Positions 1 through 15,632 of a DNA stretch of 64,000 nt are shown piece by piece. The notes below the pieces were generated by a model, which was not told where the DNA came from, made no database searches, and saw only the letters and a list, made by a program, of their open reading frames with translations. The stretch is from NCBI GenBank assembly GCA_964016885.1, contig OZ024740.1:128588001-128652000 (forward strand), written 5' to 3'. The stretch is from Eledone cirrhosa. Its lineage: Eukaryota. Numbering within the stretch: position 1 is the stretch's first letter; each line of letters starts with the position of its first letter. A program made the position numbers and the translations under genes.

Positions 1-1450
1 TTGATCTGATCCTGCAGAGTGGTTTGTGAAGGATTGACGAGTGAAGGGCAATCGAAGAAAGTTTCCAAATATGTTCTATATAAGCCTCTGGAGGATTAAT
101 AAAAATGGTCGTTCAATACAGAGTATTAAGAATAAATAAATCTATGTCAAGTAAAACACTGTAGAGGCTATAAGATACATTTGACATAAGTCAGCTGCAC
201 TCATATCAACTAGTAAAGGAAATATAAATTAAGGAAAAAGGAAGTCACCAAGTGGAACCAACAACAAAAACAAAATATCAAACGTTCACAATCTAGTTGT
301 CTGTTCTTTCACTGCAAATAAATGGATTTTTCATTATCAATTATTGATATGTGAGAAAAAATGGTTTTAATGCAACATTTCAAAGCAGTCGCGTGCTTGG
401 ATACCATTACACCAATACTCTACTGCTGATATCAAAGCAAATATTTCATTATTAACTTTAAAAATCTGCTTTCAGTCTGGCAGAATTCCTGTGCCATTGC
501 ATATCATGAGCTGATGTAGTCTGGTCTGTGACAAAACGGTAGTATTATTCTGTCTAAGAATTATTATGCTAGATATTTTCGAACTAGGTATTTTGGAAGG
601 CAATGCTATTAATACGCTAGTTACGTTATTGGAATAGGCAAAACCAGGTCGGTGAATTGACAGTGTTATTAGAGCTCCAGAAATTGCTTTGCATCATTCT
701 GGGATCTAATTCCACTGATGACACCTTAGCCGTTCAATCAAGGACGAGGATTGATGTAATCTAGTAAACCATCTTTCAACGATCGTGGCGTTTTGTCTAA
801 GTTGGAAATAGTTATTAATATGAACGAAATAATCACCGGCCAAATGAGTCTCCTTGCTTAAGACGGACTTTAGACTTAGACTCGTAATGAAACATAGGTT
901 TCATGCTGGAAGATACAGAATACATAATCTGAGCTGTACTGACCCATGATATCGTGTTTTGCACTAACATCCTTCAGCCATAGACTCAACAATATGTTGG
1001 GCATTGGCTAGTGAAAAAGCTGATCTTTCGATTTAATTGTATGTATTTACAAACCAGGAAAAAAAATAACAAGATAAAGAGTGAGAAATAAAGAAAAAAT
1101 AAATACTAGAAAATGAAAGTGGAGGAGTGAGGAGGGGACATAATCTACAACGTTGATTGGACGGTATATCTCAGCTGCACCGCGCAGACAAAATGATAAA
1201 TACATACGCACCAATAATTCCACCCCAAGGAACTCCTTTCTCCGGCGAGATGCTCTCCTCACAATTTGACAGAAGACTGCAGTCCGGAAAATGAAGACAC
1301 TGGAGGTTTCGATGGCAACTGTAGTAGCATAATACTCCCTTGAGTATCTCGGAATTTGAGTTCTTCTTATACTACACAACTTTATATTATTCAACAACAC
1401 TGAATTATAATTAGTGAAGTATTCGCTAATACTCGATATGACGAGTGAGA
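1..1450 (-). mobile_element. Possible highly decayed CR1/L2-like LINE remnant
   Basis: Microsatellite-free stretch with weak minus-strand hints (IYRP, FWS, a G.P...LKC-like segment). No clean motif set. Confidence 0.25.
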
Positions 1451-1827
1451 TCAATATTATTAACCAAGACTATATTCACACCATGGAGATGTAAACATTG
1501 CTGAACAATGCTTAACTAAAACAAACATAAGACAGGGACAACTAAAAATTAATCACTTGATTGTTAGATGAAGTGTTAGAACCCAATGATGAAGAGAAAT
1601 GCTTAGTCTATTGCTTTGTATTTTTACTTTCAATTATATTTCCTATAATCTGTTAACTCGCTCTTGATATAATGCAGAAATATAACTTTTTATTACTTTA
1701 TCAGAATATAAATTGTGTCGATATGAGACATTTTGTTCACAACTTTCATTTTATATGTATGTATATGTATGTGAGTGTATGTATGTGTGTATGTGCGTGT
1801 GTGAAGACTTTTATATACAATCAGATA

Positions 1828-1939
<112 letters not shown>

Positions 1940-2321
1940 ATATTTCTTTAGGTCGTTTTGGAAGCCTCAACAATGCAGATGGGTAAATCTCCGGGTAACA
2001 AGATCCGGTGGTGCAGAGAGAGATGTAAGTGGGTTTATCAAGGACATGGAAAGCAAAACAATGATCAATATAGGACCCAGGAGGGAATTTACGGTTAAAT
2101 TAACATCATCATTCATTTTCCCCCTCTGTGCATGTGTTTTTATTATCACAGATTATGTGTATTTATAATCGCTCTGCTTATTTTTTCTCGCCCACTAAAT
2201 ATTGACGCCTCTAATATTTAACCCTGTAGGCACGAGTATTGAGCACACATGCATAAACTATTGGCAACTAAATATATGTATCGACCATCTTTCTACTTTC
2301 TTCTCTCTCTCGATACCTAAT

Positions 2322-2382
<61 letters not shown>

Positions 2383-3323
2383 TGTATATGTAATTATATG
2401 TACGTGTGTGCTCTTGTGTATACAAGTGTATGTATTTCCATATACGCACAAACACGGAGAATCTCTCCCTCACACAAATACATATATCTTTGCAGAAGTA
2501 TGTATTAACCACTATATATTCAACTCTGAGCGAACGAATGAGATTTGGTTCGATGTCAATGTTTTGTAGATAATAGTAGATGACTTAGAGTTAGACCATA
2601 TCAAATAGGCTGCTGACACTGAAATATTCTGTTCTCTTTTCAGTGAACTACACCATAAAATATCGATTGTCCAAGATGGAAGATAAATCTCTGGTGTATA
2701 ACATTTCAAGAAACTAGTATTAGTGGCTGGTGAGAGATGTTGATATGTATCTAAATGCAAAATACCTTAACTGTTGATAGCCTTTTTCTTGCATTTGTTA
2801 ATGTGAGAAGCTGGGAAATAAAATAGTTAATAAGCCGAATCGGAAGAATAACCATACAATTAAGTATAGAAAAAAAGAATAAAAGAAATAAAGTCATAAA
2901 GAAATAAAGAAGTGATACTAGGGAATTGAGAGGAAACAATATCTAAGCAAAAACAATATAATGGAAACTTCGAAATAAAGAAAATACACTTAACAAAATA
3001 GTGAAGCCAAGTCCCCTCGTGTCATTGAAATAGATTGTGTAATAAGAAAGTTAAAATAGATTGCTAAAATTGCTTCTCTCAGTTGAGACCACATTCACAG
3101 TGTTGTCCTTCAGTTTGACTGTTTATTAATGATATAAGGGGGAAATGTCTCTTGTGAAGCAAACGGTATAAATAAACTGCCTCTCACCTCACACTCATTC
3201 TATTAGATACACCATTCATTTCGTGGCAAACCGTATAATGACGTAACATATACAAATACAGACATACACACACATACCCCCCCCCCCCCACATACACACA
3301 CACATGTATATATATGCATGTAC

Positions 3324-3389
<66 letters not shown>

Positions 3390-5911
3390 GTGTGTGTGTG
3401 TGTGTGTGTGTGTTTGTGTGTGTGTATACTTTCGTACATGTGCAGGATTGGTGAATATATTCTCAAACATTTTATAGTTGAAATAAGAAAATCATTTGCA
3501 CAAATTTAAGATGAAATAAGGGAATGAAATTACATAAGTTTATGCATTCTTCAGTACTGAATAGATATTATTCATTTGTTAATTTGGAAAAGAAGCGAAA
3601 TCGTTTGCTAAAGTATCGTCATGATTAAAAAATAATACAGTAGAATGTATCTCATATGACCTTTGTATATAGTGTTTCACACGTAGTGAAATCTCAATGG
3701 TGACATTGAAAAGACTTTGAACCTTCGTTAGAATAATTTCCAAGAAATATTATTGTGATTCCTGCTGGATTAAGGTACATGTCTTAGTGGATAGTGTACT
3801 AGACTCCGATCTTATTTGTGGATTGAAGTACTGAACTGAATAACGGACAATATGTAAGCCATGAAAGATTATGAATAGTGGTAAAAGCATATATGATATA
3901 CAACCTCAATATGGCCATGATTTTCAGGGATAGCCCTCTCAAAACGAACAAGATGATCATAGGATTGATCATTGATATGATAATCATATATAATAATTCA
4001 GATATATAAAAAAAAGATGGTCCTGGAGGAAATACTTTTAACCATAACTTCTCACGTTGAAAGGTAACAACAATTTAGTTAAGAATTGCTTATATTTACT
4101 GATTAACGATTCGAGAGAATATTTCTGGTTTCAGAAATTATTGCCGTGAAGGATCGTATGCTAGTTTGGCCAGCTGAGTGTGACTACCTCAACGATGAAT
4201 GATGGATTCTCCCTCGTTTTCGAATATGACCATTCTATTGCTCGATTAACTCGTGAATTAATGAGAATGTGATTGTGTATTCCAGAGAAGTGTATCATTA
4301 TGTTATATTTTAAATGGAATTTGCATGACACAATATGGTATTTGAATTACGGATACAATTTATGTGACGGGTTTTTACGCATTTTCCCTCCAACACATTT
4401 TCTGAACGTGGCTATGGTAAATCATTTTACACCGCCCCAGAACTGTATCAGAGATAATTTAAAATCAACTATATATTGTATTTAAGAGTGCATTTGTCGA
4501 AACATGTCTGCAGGGAAATTCACTGTTTGCAAAACACAAAATCAGAAATAGGAATGTATATATTCAGTAGCCTATAGTTGTGTATGTATGTGAGAAAGAG
4601 AAAGAGAAAGAGAAAACGATTGGAAGAAGGAGAGAGAGAAAAAGAAAACAAGAAAAAGAATGAGAAAATGATGGGGTACATACAGAGCTTTTGCAATAAA
4701 ATAGCAAAGAAACAGTAGAGACTGTAGTCTCGGTAAGATTATACTTTAAATGCGTATAGCTTGATACTTTGAAACATAGACAGGCTCGTCTAAGGTTAAA
4801 CTAGTGTTAAATATGAAAACAAAATCAAGAGAATTGCACTCTTGTTTGTCATTACAAAATCTACGAATGAAATTATATCAATATATTCTGCGAACACGAT
4901 TTAGACACAGAGCCCTCTAAAATCACATGTCAGCGACATACACAAGGCGAAAACTCATTCAATAATATGATTCCGCCCAGAGGGGTACCGTTTTATTGCT
5001 AAACCAAGGCTATATGATAAACAACGATGGAAACAACAAGAACAACAGCACCAGCAACAATTTAAAAAAGCCACACATGTTCTTGTACCTTCGCTGTCGA
5101 CACCATAAGAATATTTCCAGAAAGGTTCATACACAGGCATATTACAGTACGTACTCTAAGCCATTTTCGCATATTGTAAGAAAAAAGGACAAAATAATGT
5201 TCTACACGTTGTATTCTTGTCGCATGGTTTTAGAGAATATGCCGTACTAATTAACAAATTGTGCCGGTCAACTGAAACAGTCCAAACATAGTAATTGAGT
5301 ATTATCATTTTTTTAGATAACGATTTCCCACAAAATGTTAATGTCATTGAAAAGTACGTATATGTAACTGTATGTATGCGCGAATGGATATTTGTATGCA
5401 TAGTTATATTATATCCAAGCAATCTATATGACTAAGAGAAATTCCTCTCTAACCACTGAAGAAACAGTTCTATCGATCTATCTATCTTTCACTTTATCTC
5501 TCTATAGATCGATCTATCTGTGTATCTACTTTTCTGTCTCACTCTCTCTCTATATATATGTACACACACACACATACACGCACGTACTCATTTATATATG
5601 TACATGAAGCACAATGTGTGAGAAGTTATGTTCTATACAGTTTTCTATCTGTGTGACGGCGTGTCTATCAGTCTATATATTTGTTTGACTATCTGCCTAC
5701 TCAATCATTTATTGCCCTCATATATGTGTATATCTTTCAGAACATTTATTTGCTTCTTCGATGTTAATGTTAGCTTCTTCACACAGTGGCAATATTCCAA
5801 AATACATAAATCACACCAACATAATATCCCCAACTCCGTAGACTCATGTTACACATTATTACACATCACACACACACACACAAACGTACATATATAGTCA
5901 CACACATACGC

Positions 5912-5962
<51 letters not shown>

Positions 5963-6313
5963 TATATATATATAAACGCGTATGTGTGTAACTATGTATG
6001 TACGTTTGTATATATGCTTCAACGCATGGAAGCCCGAATGTAGATGCGTATGGTTCTTTTATGTATTTTGTGGCAACACTGAAGTAACTTTCAGTTCCAT
6101 CTCAGAATTTCGGGAATATTCTTGTTCACGAAACACTGAATGGGTCATCAGCGCGCTATGTTAAATATTTACACTCGGTATTGAAAACTTCAGTCTCTTT
6201 TTTGAAACACAAACTTACATTAATATATTCAAATTTGCATACACATATCTGCACACACATGCACACCCGCCCGCACATACCCATGCACGCAAACACACAT
6301 ATATATGTAGATT

Positions 6314-6371
<58 letters not shown>

Positions 6372-8762
6372 GTGTGTGTGTGTGTGTGTGTGAGTGTGTG
6401 TGTGTACAGCACATACAAACATGCACATACGTTGAAACGCACGTAGATATATACATATTGGTTAACTAAACACATAATGCTATCTTTCAAAAATTATTTT
6501 TGTCCTGTTTCATCCTCTTCTTATTTTGGTCTATCATTCTATTTATCCTTTTCTCTCTCATTCTATGTTTTGATGAAGGACAAAATTCCGAAACATCAAG
6601 ATACTTTTCTCACTCTCAAGCGTTAAACTAATATATATCCTTATTGTACTACATTCTTTTGCTGTTTCTTTATACACTTGCTTTTCACATATATGTACAC
6701 ATATACTCGTACACACAAGCATACGTACATACAAACATACATCATACATACATATGCGTATGAAAATATGTATTTGAAATACTATGGCATTCAAATCATT
6801 CACATATTAAATAATGGAGCACTTGATGCTTGTGAGTAGAGAGCATCGATGTATTATCTAAGTAGAAAATATTTCAGTGACATCGGAATTTCCTCTTGAT
6901 AGCTGCATCTAAATGTACAATTTGTACTACGCTGATGTGTTGGCAAAAACAATAGCAACAGCAGCATCTATAGGAACGTTCAACAAAAAAAAAATTTCCT
7001 CAGGAGAACTTATTATAGAACTCTTCATTGCCTGGTTGATAGCAATCACCCTCTTTCAAACGCAAACGCACATAGTCACGCATACAAAAGCATACCATCT
7101 ATATCCGACTCCGATTTTTCCAACAGCGAAACCTCTCCTCTCAACTTGAGGAGGAGGGGGATATCCCCATGAAAACAAGACACAAAATTTAAACGATGAA
7201 ATAATATATCTCAACTCAAATTATGATTTCAAAATCTTTATCAATGTGACACCCACACAAAACACAGGCACATTCACAACAACAGCAACTTCACTACCAA
7301 AACCACTAATATCCCATAAAACGGAACCAACCACTGACGCTACCACAACTCACAGCAAAAATAAAGCAGATGGAAGAACACCTTGTGTTAGGTAGACAGA
7401 AATACAATGAAAGGATTTCCCCAAAGCCACAGAGTTTGTAAATGGTACGCATGATCAGAGCGACCTGTAAAATAGTGATGGATAATTTCCCACACAAAAT
7501 TAGAAACCCAAAAGTTGAGGGTTACCAATTGAATTCTAAAGAGTTTGCCGAAGGACACTAAAACAGATGTAAAGATAGTGGCAGGGTAAATAACCCTCTT
7601 CTTTCCTGCTTTTCTTGTCTTGTGAACATGCCCACTATAAAAGTTGGATGCATAAATGCACGGGTACTGTGTACACCACGGAGGCAAGGTCGCACGTTCA
7701 ACAGACTTAGGTCAGTACCAATAGATGGCACATCCTCACAGGTACCCAAGTAAGCGTCTTTAGGCTCTACACATTTCTTAGGTGATTTGGAATAGGAGAA
7801 GGGAGAGCAGTGTTGCTTTATTTCGGGCATGAATCAGATGGTAAATTAGGGAACCTGAAATGAAACTGTAGGGAAGCTCATGCTTCCAGTCTGGTAGTCG
7901 TCCGAATCCCAATTGGGCAAGACAGCCGGATTTTATCAGGTGAAGGAAAGCCTCTTTTAAATCGTCTAGATTAGACGGGGACTAGAACAAAATCTTGGGC
8001 GCAATAACGGATTTTGTGGGGGTACCTGAAAATCCCGATCAGCTAATACAAATTCGGTTTTCCTAATGTGTCAGTGTGTCGATGCTAGAACCGCATAGTG
8101 TCATGTAGAAAACCGATGTGTTCGAAACCCCCATGGAGATGTCTATCGCATATGCCAACGCATTTCCGCTGCGTCATGAACAGCTGATTTGTTCAGAACT
8201 GATCCACCAGTCGGTCAACTTCTTCGTAAAGATAGTCTCGCCACCTTCCATTGATTGAGTAAGGCAATCAATTTCACCCAGGTTATGGCTATGGAAAAAA
8301 AATGTTTTGAGATGGATGATGCTGAAAGGACTGGAGACAGACACATTCTTCTTTGGTCAAACCATCATCACCGTGTTTAAGTTTCACCTTAGGGTTCAGG
8401 GGAAAATGCTGCCAACCGTATATTTGTTAAACGGTGGCTTAATGTAAAGAGAATGGCCCGTGGGAATGAAGCTAAACTAAGCATGCGCTTGTAAGCTGGA
8501 ATTAGTGGAGAGGAGATAAATGTTTACATACGGTGCTATGGGTGATCTATGTGATCTCATATAAGTGCTATTCTGTAATTATCTCTCAGTCACACGTCCT
8601 CGTATTGGAAAATTCTGTTAAAATTTGTTACCTGCTTTTTATTTTTCCGCTGCTCGCATACGTCTATATGTAAATCCCGAGTATCCCTGTTTATTGCATT
8701 GTCCTCAATGCTTGCTGTTGTTACTTTTGTTAATGTTGTTGTCATTGTTATTGTTGTTGTTC

Positions 8763-8765
<3 letters not shown>

Positions 8766-8860
<95 letters not shown>
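8766..8860. repeat. (ATT)n microsatellite
   Basis: About 31 perfect ATT units. Confidence 0.95.
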
Positions 8861-9065
8861 TATATCACTGCTATGCACTTGCTATTCATTCATTTCCATT
8901 ATTCATTTTCTATTACTATATTTTTCTCATCTATTCGCCCAATATCAATTTCGGCGGTCATTATCCAGTTTACTATAGTTTTCTTTGCTGCTTAAATTCT
9001 CTTCCCATACTTTTCATTTGATATCCATCAATCTTCTGATTATTCATATACATACACACATACAT

Positions 9066-9161
<96 letters not shown>

Positions 9162-9164
9162 ATG

Positions 9165-9237
<73 letters not shown>

Positions 9238-9243
9238 GTATAT

Positions 9244-9276
<33 letters not shown>

Positions 9277-9357
9277 CATACACCCAAACTCCGACACACA
9301 TTCACTCACACAGACATACAGACAACCACACATATAATAACATAAATATAAATATAC

Positions 9358-9479
<122 letters not shown>

Positions 9480-9508
9480 CAATTGTATATATATATATGT
9501 AGCAATTG

Positions 9509-9563
<55 letters not shown>

Positions 9564-9611
9564 CAATTGTATATATATATATATAGCAATTGTATATATA
9601 TATATGTAGCA

Positions 9612-9653
<42 letters not shown>

Positions 9654-10166
9654 TGCTACATTCATGCGTCTTCGTGCACCAGAGAACGAAACAGTCGGAG
9701 GGGTGCCCAGAGAGTGTGGAGTGTGCATATGGAAGGACGCACAACTGTTCTCTGATTCAACGTCATCACTTAACCCACCAAAATCTATATAGAGCGGTAA
9801 ATAAAAATCCTACAATACAAATTCTTATGCAACCATTATTGTTTGTCCGTATATATATATATATATATGCGTGTGTGTGTATGGGGGGGGGGGGCGTTGA
9901 TGAAATATTTTAAATATATGCCCTTTTACATATATCATATATGTACAATACACGCTGATTAACAATACCCATTCATATATACAGACATACACATGTATTT
10001 ATCTCACTGCATCTGCCCCTTTATATTTTTCCGTTCATCTTTATCGATATCTATCTCTATATCTATATCAATCAATCAATGTATTTATGCAAATACGAAT
10101 GTATGAATGTGTCTAACTATCTAACTACCCATCTATCCATCTAACATCTACGGATCTATATATCTA

Positions 10167-10348
<182 letters not shown>

Positions 10349-11124
10349 TTTCAAATTCTTATCTCATCTCTGAGCTTTGTTCTAGCGTATGTGTATGGGC
10401 GACTGTGTTTGTGTCGAATGAATGCCGATGTATGAAGCAATAGACAAGGGAAAGTGTATGTGCCAAAATCTGTAAAGAGAATCGTTTAGAACATAACGTA
10501 GATTGGATTGATATTTGCCAGCATTTTGTTGCCATGTTAGTGGCGACGTAAACGGTACTGATTGAAAACAGCAATAAAAAACCACTATTCCAGCCATCAA
10601 TCACATGGCTTGATATTACTTTAAATCTTATTTGTTCTGAATTACACACATACGTACATTCGTACATGCATACATACGTGCATACACATATGTATCGAAA
10701 TATATATACATATGCATATATATTTACATATATATATATATATATATACACACACATATATAATATACATTTTACATTATATATATATACACACATTTAT
10801 ATATCAAATATATATATATGTGTATATGTATGTATATATATATGTTTATTAAATATGTGTATATGAATGTATGTGACTATGTATCGATGTAAGCATGTCT
10901 CTAAATATGTTGATATCGATATACACTCACTCATAATACGGATGCCAGATCGTAGATTTTCTTACTTCCTAAGGGTATTGAATTACTACCGGTATTTTAT
11001 TAGACATTTAAGGAATAAATTTCTCATCACATAATGTGTGTTCACGTATATATATATATACATACATACATATATACATATATACACATATATACATATA
11101 TACATACATATATACATATATATA

Positions 11125-11231
<107 letters not shown>

Positions 11232-11250
11232 ACTCACACACACACACACT

Positions 11251-11327
<77 letters not shown>

Positions 11328-11671
11328 ATGTATGTATATATATATATGTATGTATGTATATACAAAAGTGAACACTTGATATTTATTCCTGATTCTTTAG
11401 TACATCTTCTTTCGAAAAGAATAAAAATGTGAAAACCTTCCGAAAACCACACAAAAGAATCACTCACATAAAGCAAAAGGAATTCTACTAAACTTTTCAA
11501 CGGTGTTTTATGAATCTAGGATATAAATTCATATTACATAGCTATTCAATGGCCAACGCACAAACACAGACATACATATAACTATATATATATATATATA
11601 TGCACATAGATAGCGAGCAGCACACACACAGACACACAAATGCACACACACACACACACCTACACACACCT

Positions 11672-11719
<48 letters not shown>

Positions 11720-12741
11720 GCATTTATACATATAATACAACATTCGGGAGCTGAGATAGAGTATTCGATTTTTGTTGTAATGTTTTATGGACAAATAAAT
11801 GAAATGTTTTTTAACTGAATATAGTATATTATATTGAAAAATATATATACCTTTATTATTATTTATGAGTAACACCAGTTGTATCTTGACTCCGAACAAT
11901 TAGTGGTTAAGGTTTGTCTACTTATTATTTGATGTTGAGTTGTATTAAGATATTGCATTGAGCAAATTAGATCACTTACTGAACAACGGTTCGTTACATA
12001 GGTATTATGAATATATTGAATGCACTACGGTTTGTTTTAAGTGAAGTTAAGCCATCATCTAGATCTTCTTCACATAGTGATATAGAGAGTGACAGGATTT
12101 AATGATCTTTAATTGTACATATTCAACTTTGATTATAATTCCTTTTATATCTGATTTTATATGATATTGTTAAACGCGACTAAAGCGGCTAATGATGACT
12201 GTCGTTTAAGTCATGATCACCTTTGCCTGGTTTCTGCATATCCAGGATAAGCTGTGTTCTGCCATTTGCAGTGAAGAGATTTTGTCATACAATTTCCCTT
12301 GTCAGATGAACTTAGCATAAGCATTTGGAACATATAAAAGAGTTAAAGCAGTGCTAAATTATGGATCGATATTTTAAAACTAATGTAACATTCCCATCGT
12401 TTGTCTAGGCACCACGAAGTCATGAAAATACACAATATACAACGGTGCATTAAGCGGTTTATCATTGCGCAGTAAACATTTACTGTCATAAACGATATAT
12501 CGAGGATGTAAATCAAACCTAAAACAACGATAACCTACTGTAAATAAATACTTTTAAAAATAATAATAATATGTTAGACTGAATTTTCTAAATATTAAGT
12601 GGTCATTGCAAAATTCATGTCTCAGGACTCAGTAAAATACTTTCAAGTAGCTGAAGATGTAATGTAATGAGATATAGAAACAAATATTTATGGGCATTGC
12701 ATGTCACTTAAAACCATAAGAATATGCTATTGTATGTTGAA

Positions 12742-12927
12742 ATAATTGTTTCTACTTTTGGCACAAGGGCAGCAATTACCCAGTACATTACTGGTACTTT
12801 ATTTGATCGACCCCGTAAGGATGAAAGGCAAAGTGAACCTCGGCGGGATTTGAACTCAGACCGTGAAGGGACGTAACTATGCTGGAAAGCATGGCGTCCG
12901 ACTCTCTACCGATACTGCCAATCTACC
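12742..12927 (-). mobile_element. Same SINE family
   Basis: Colinear match to the 20863-21050 copy. Confidence 0.85.
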
Positions 12928-15452
12928 ATAATGATGTATTGACACACGTATAGACGCGATGTTAATAACACCCTAAACAACACTTGATGTTAGTTTTGAT
13001 GTTTAGACTCAAGTTGTATCAAGAGTATTCCAAGCATTATAACCTCGTCCTTTTTTCTATGTGTATTGTAAAGATAACTTTATTCAAAACATCATTCATG
13101 TTTAAAGACATTCAGAGCAATCCGCCCAAAACCGATTCTGGTTCTATGAAATGCAATCACCCATAATAAAATGTTCGACAGCCGATCAATAAACTTTCGT
13201 ATAAAAACATTAGTTTAGTTATGTTAAAAGTACTATCTTGATAGTAAAACAATTATTAATTGTAGTAAATCCTCCAAATTAATCATGATTTGTTGGCAAT
13301 TTGACTGTGTCTTTAGCAGATCAACTGACGAAAGAACTGCTCACTTAATGAGTTGTGTAAAAAAGATACTTGTTGGCACGTTTTATAGTCAGTTATAACA
13401 TTAACAACAACAGCATCTATTGCATATTTCATATACGTTACAGAATATATATAAAAGACACGTTCACGTGATAACAGTTCTTCTAAATGTATGTAAGTAG
13501 GAGAAAAAACAAACAAACAAATCTAACAACAAATATGAAACGTTAAAAAAAGATAACCTGTTCCTAGCGAGTAACTTATTGCGTGCCATAGTATAAATCA
13601 GCCATGTAAGAATAGAATTTACAGTTTTCTCAAACTTATTATTTATTCCAGTCTTCTTTTTTCAATATGTTTGGTTGCATGTGCATCGATATACATATTA
13701 GAAATATGGATGCCAAGGTCTTCCAGCAATGTGCATCATGAAGAAATAAGTATAATACACGCCTACATACATATATGTATAATATGATATAATATAGAAT
13801 GTAATATAATATATTTATATACATATATATTTGTGGTGTGTGTGTTTGTGCGTGTATGTATATAAGTAATATTCTATATGTATGTACTATCACATGAATA
13901 CATGCTATATTCAAACGTGGTGTGTATGTGGTGTGCATACGAATATGTAGAATGTGTTTCAGTAAGAGCACTTATGTAAGTATACACGTATATATTCAAA
14001 TGTATCTCGGAGGTTATTTGTAGATAGATATACTTCAATTTTCGTGACAACCACTTTATGTGTGGTCATTCGTTCAGAAGGTGAAAGCAGATGCGCTCCT
14101 ATTGAAGCAAATTGCTATCAGATATTACAATTCTTTTCCTGTTTAAAAGAGCTTATATCATTTCCTCTTTGTCCCCCTTCGACTCTGTTTCCCTCTCTTT
14201 CTATTCTTTTTGTATAATTTCTTTCTTTTATTAAAAGCTTGACTGCACAACTTACGATAAACGGTCCATCTGATACAGGATGCCTCTTGCCTGACAACGG
14301 TCAAACAATTAACTTAATGGTCTAACGCACAGATTACCCATAAATTCACAATCTAACCAAATAGCGAATAACTTCCCCAACATCTGTCTATCGATATCAC
14401 TACATCCACCACTTTCGCATCTATTTACAGCGCGCTTCCTGGTGTATCTAACCAATATCCAGTGTGCATAAATTCCGCCATTTTGATTTGAGATATACCG
14501 AAGAAGTGTGAATGATACTGATTGATGTAAGAAAACTACGCCAAACAGACACCTATGTCTGGTTACCACAAATCCCTTTTACATAAAAAAGAAACAAAGA
14601 ACGAAAATGGAGAAACAAATCTAACACATTAAAGTTTCGATTTATTTCTGCTGATGTTTAAGTTCCTTTTTTATCTATAAAATACGATCATTCTAAAGTT
14701 GTAATACACATTTTACTGTGACATTAATCTCAATAGTATCATTGAGGACCAAACAATATAGATCTGATATTATGGTGAAAACATTAAAGAATCAAATGTA
14801 TGCTTCAACTATATCGGGCTACGACCCTGTTTCGATACTTAATTGACACTGTAATTGTAAGACCCTTTTTTAACCTTTGGATATCATGTGCTCCAATAGC
14901 TATATTCACTTAAATTATTTTTACGCGTTTTAATGTAATGGTAGACTATTTTAAATTTATCATAAAATTGAAACAAGAAGGGAAGTCGATGCTGAGGTAT
15001 ACAATGAATAGTATTTACATAGGAAATACAGTAGTTTTCCTCTCGTGATATGGCTTCCTATGCAGGCAGAACAATAATAAAACTTGCTGGGTTGCCCCAT
15101 CTGGTAGGAATTAAAATCCCTTACAACAGCCACGAGACCAATATCAGAACTAATTCTTGAATAGACTCGAAAGTGAAGATGCCACGGAATCCACTAGTTG
15201 CATAATCTACCACTTGACATATGTTGTGATGGTGTAAATTAAGTTTCGTAATCTTGAGGTGCATTACTGTAGCACTAGACTCCATTCAACATTCGATCAC
15301 TTGCAACTGACTAAAATTGTCGGTGAGAGTTAAATCTCAAACGTGACACATTCGGCGATTTCCATGAAAATATCTCAATCCCTTCGACCTCAACCACTTA
15401 AGGTTAAAACTTAATGATTTTGGGAACACCACGTTTAGAACTTGACAGGCTT

Positions 15453-15632
15453 CGGATTGGCAGTATCGGTAGAGATTCGGACACTATACTTTGAGTTACG
15501 GCTCTTGCCATTCTGACTTCTAATCCCGCCGAGGTTAACTTTGCCTTTCATCCTTACGGGGTCGATGAAATAAAGTACCAGTAATGCACTGGGGTAATTG
15601 CTGGCCTTGTGCCAAATGTAGAAACAATTATA
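15453..15632 (+). mobile_element. Same SINE family
   Basis: TTGGCAGTATCGGTAGAG...GTAGAAACAATTAT. Confidence 0.85.

Noticed and set aside
6075-6157. Minus-strand CTGATGA...GAAA motif
   Set aside because: Stems I and II do not close convincingly; likely chance.
12742-12927. tRNA genes at A/B-box motifs
   Set aside because: No cloverleaf; these are SINE heads repeated with a common core and tail.
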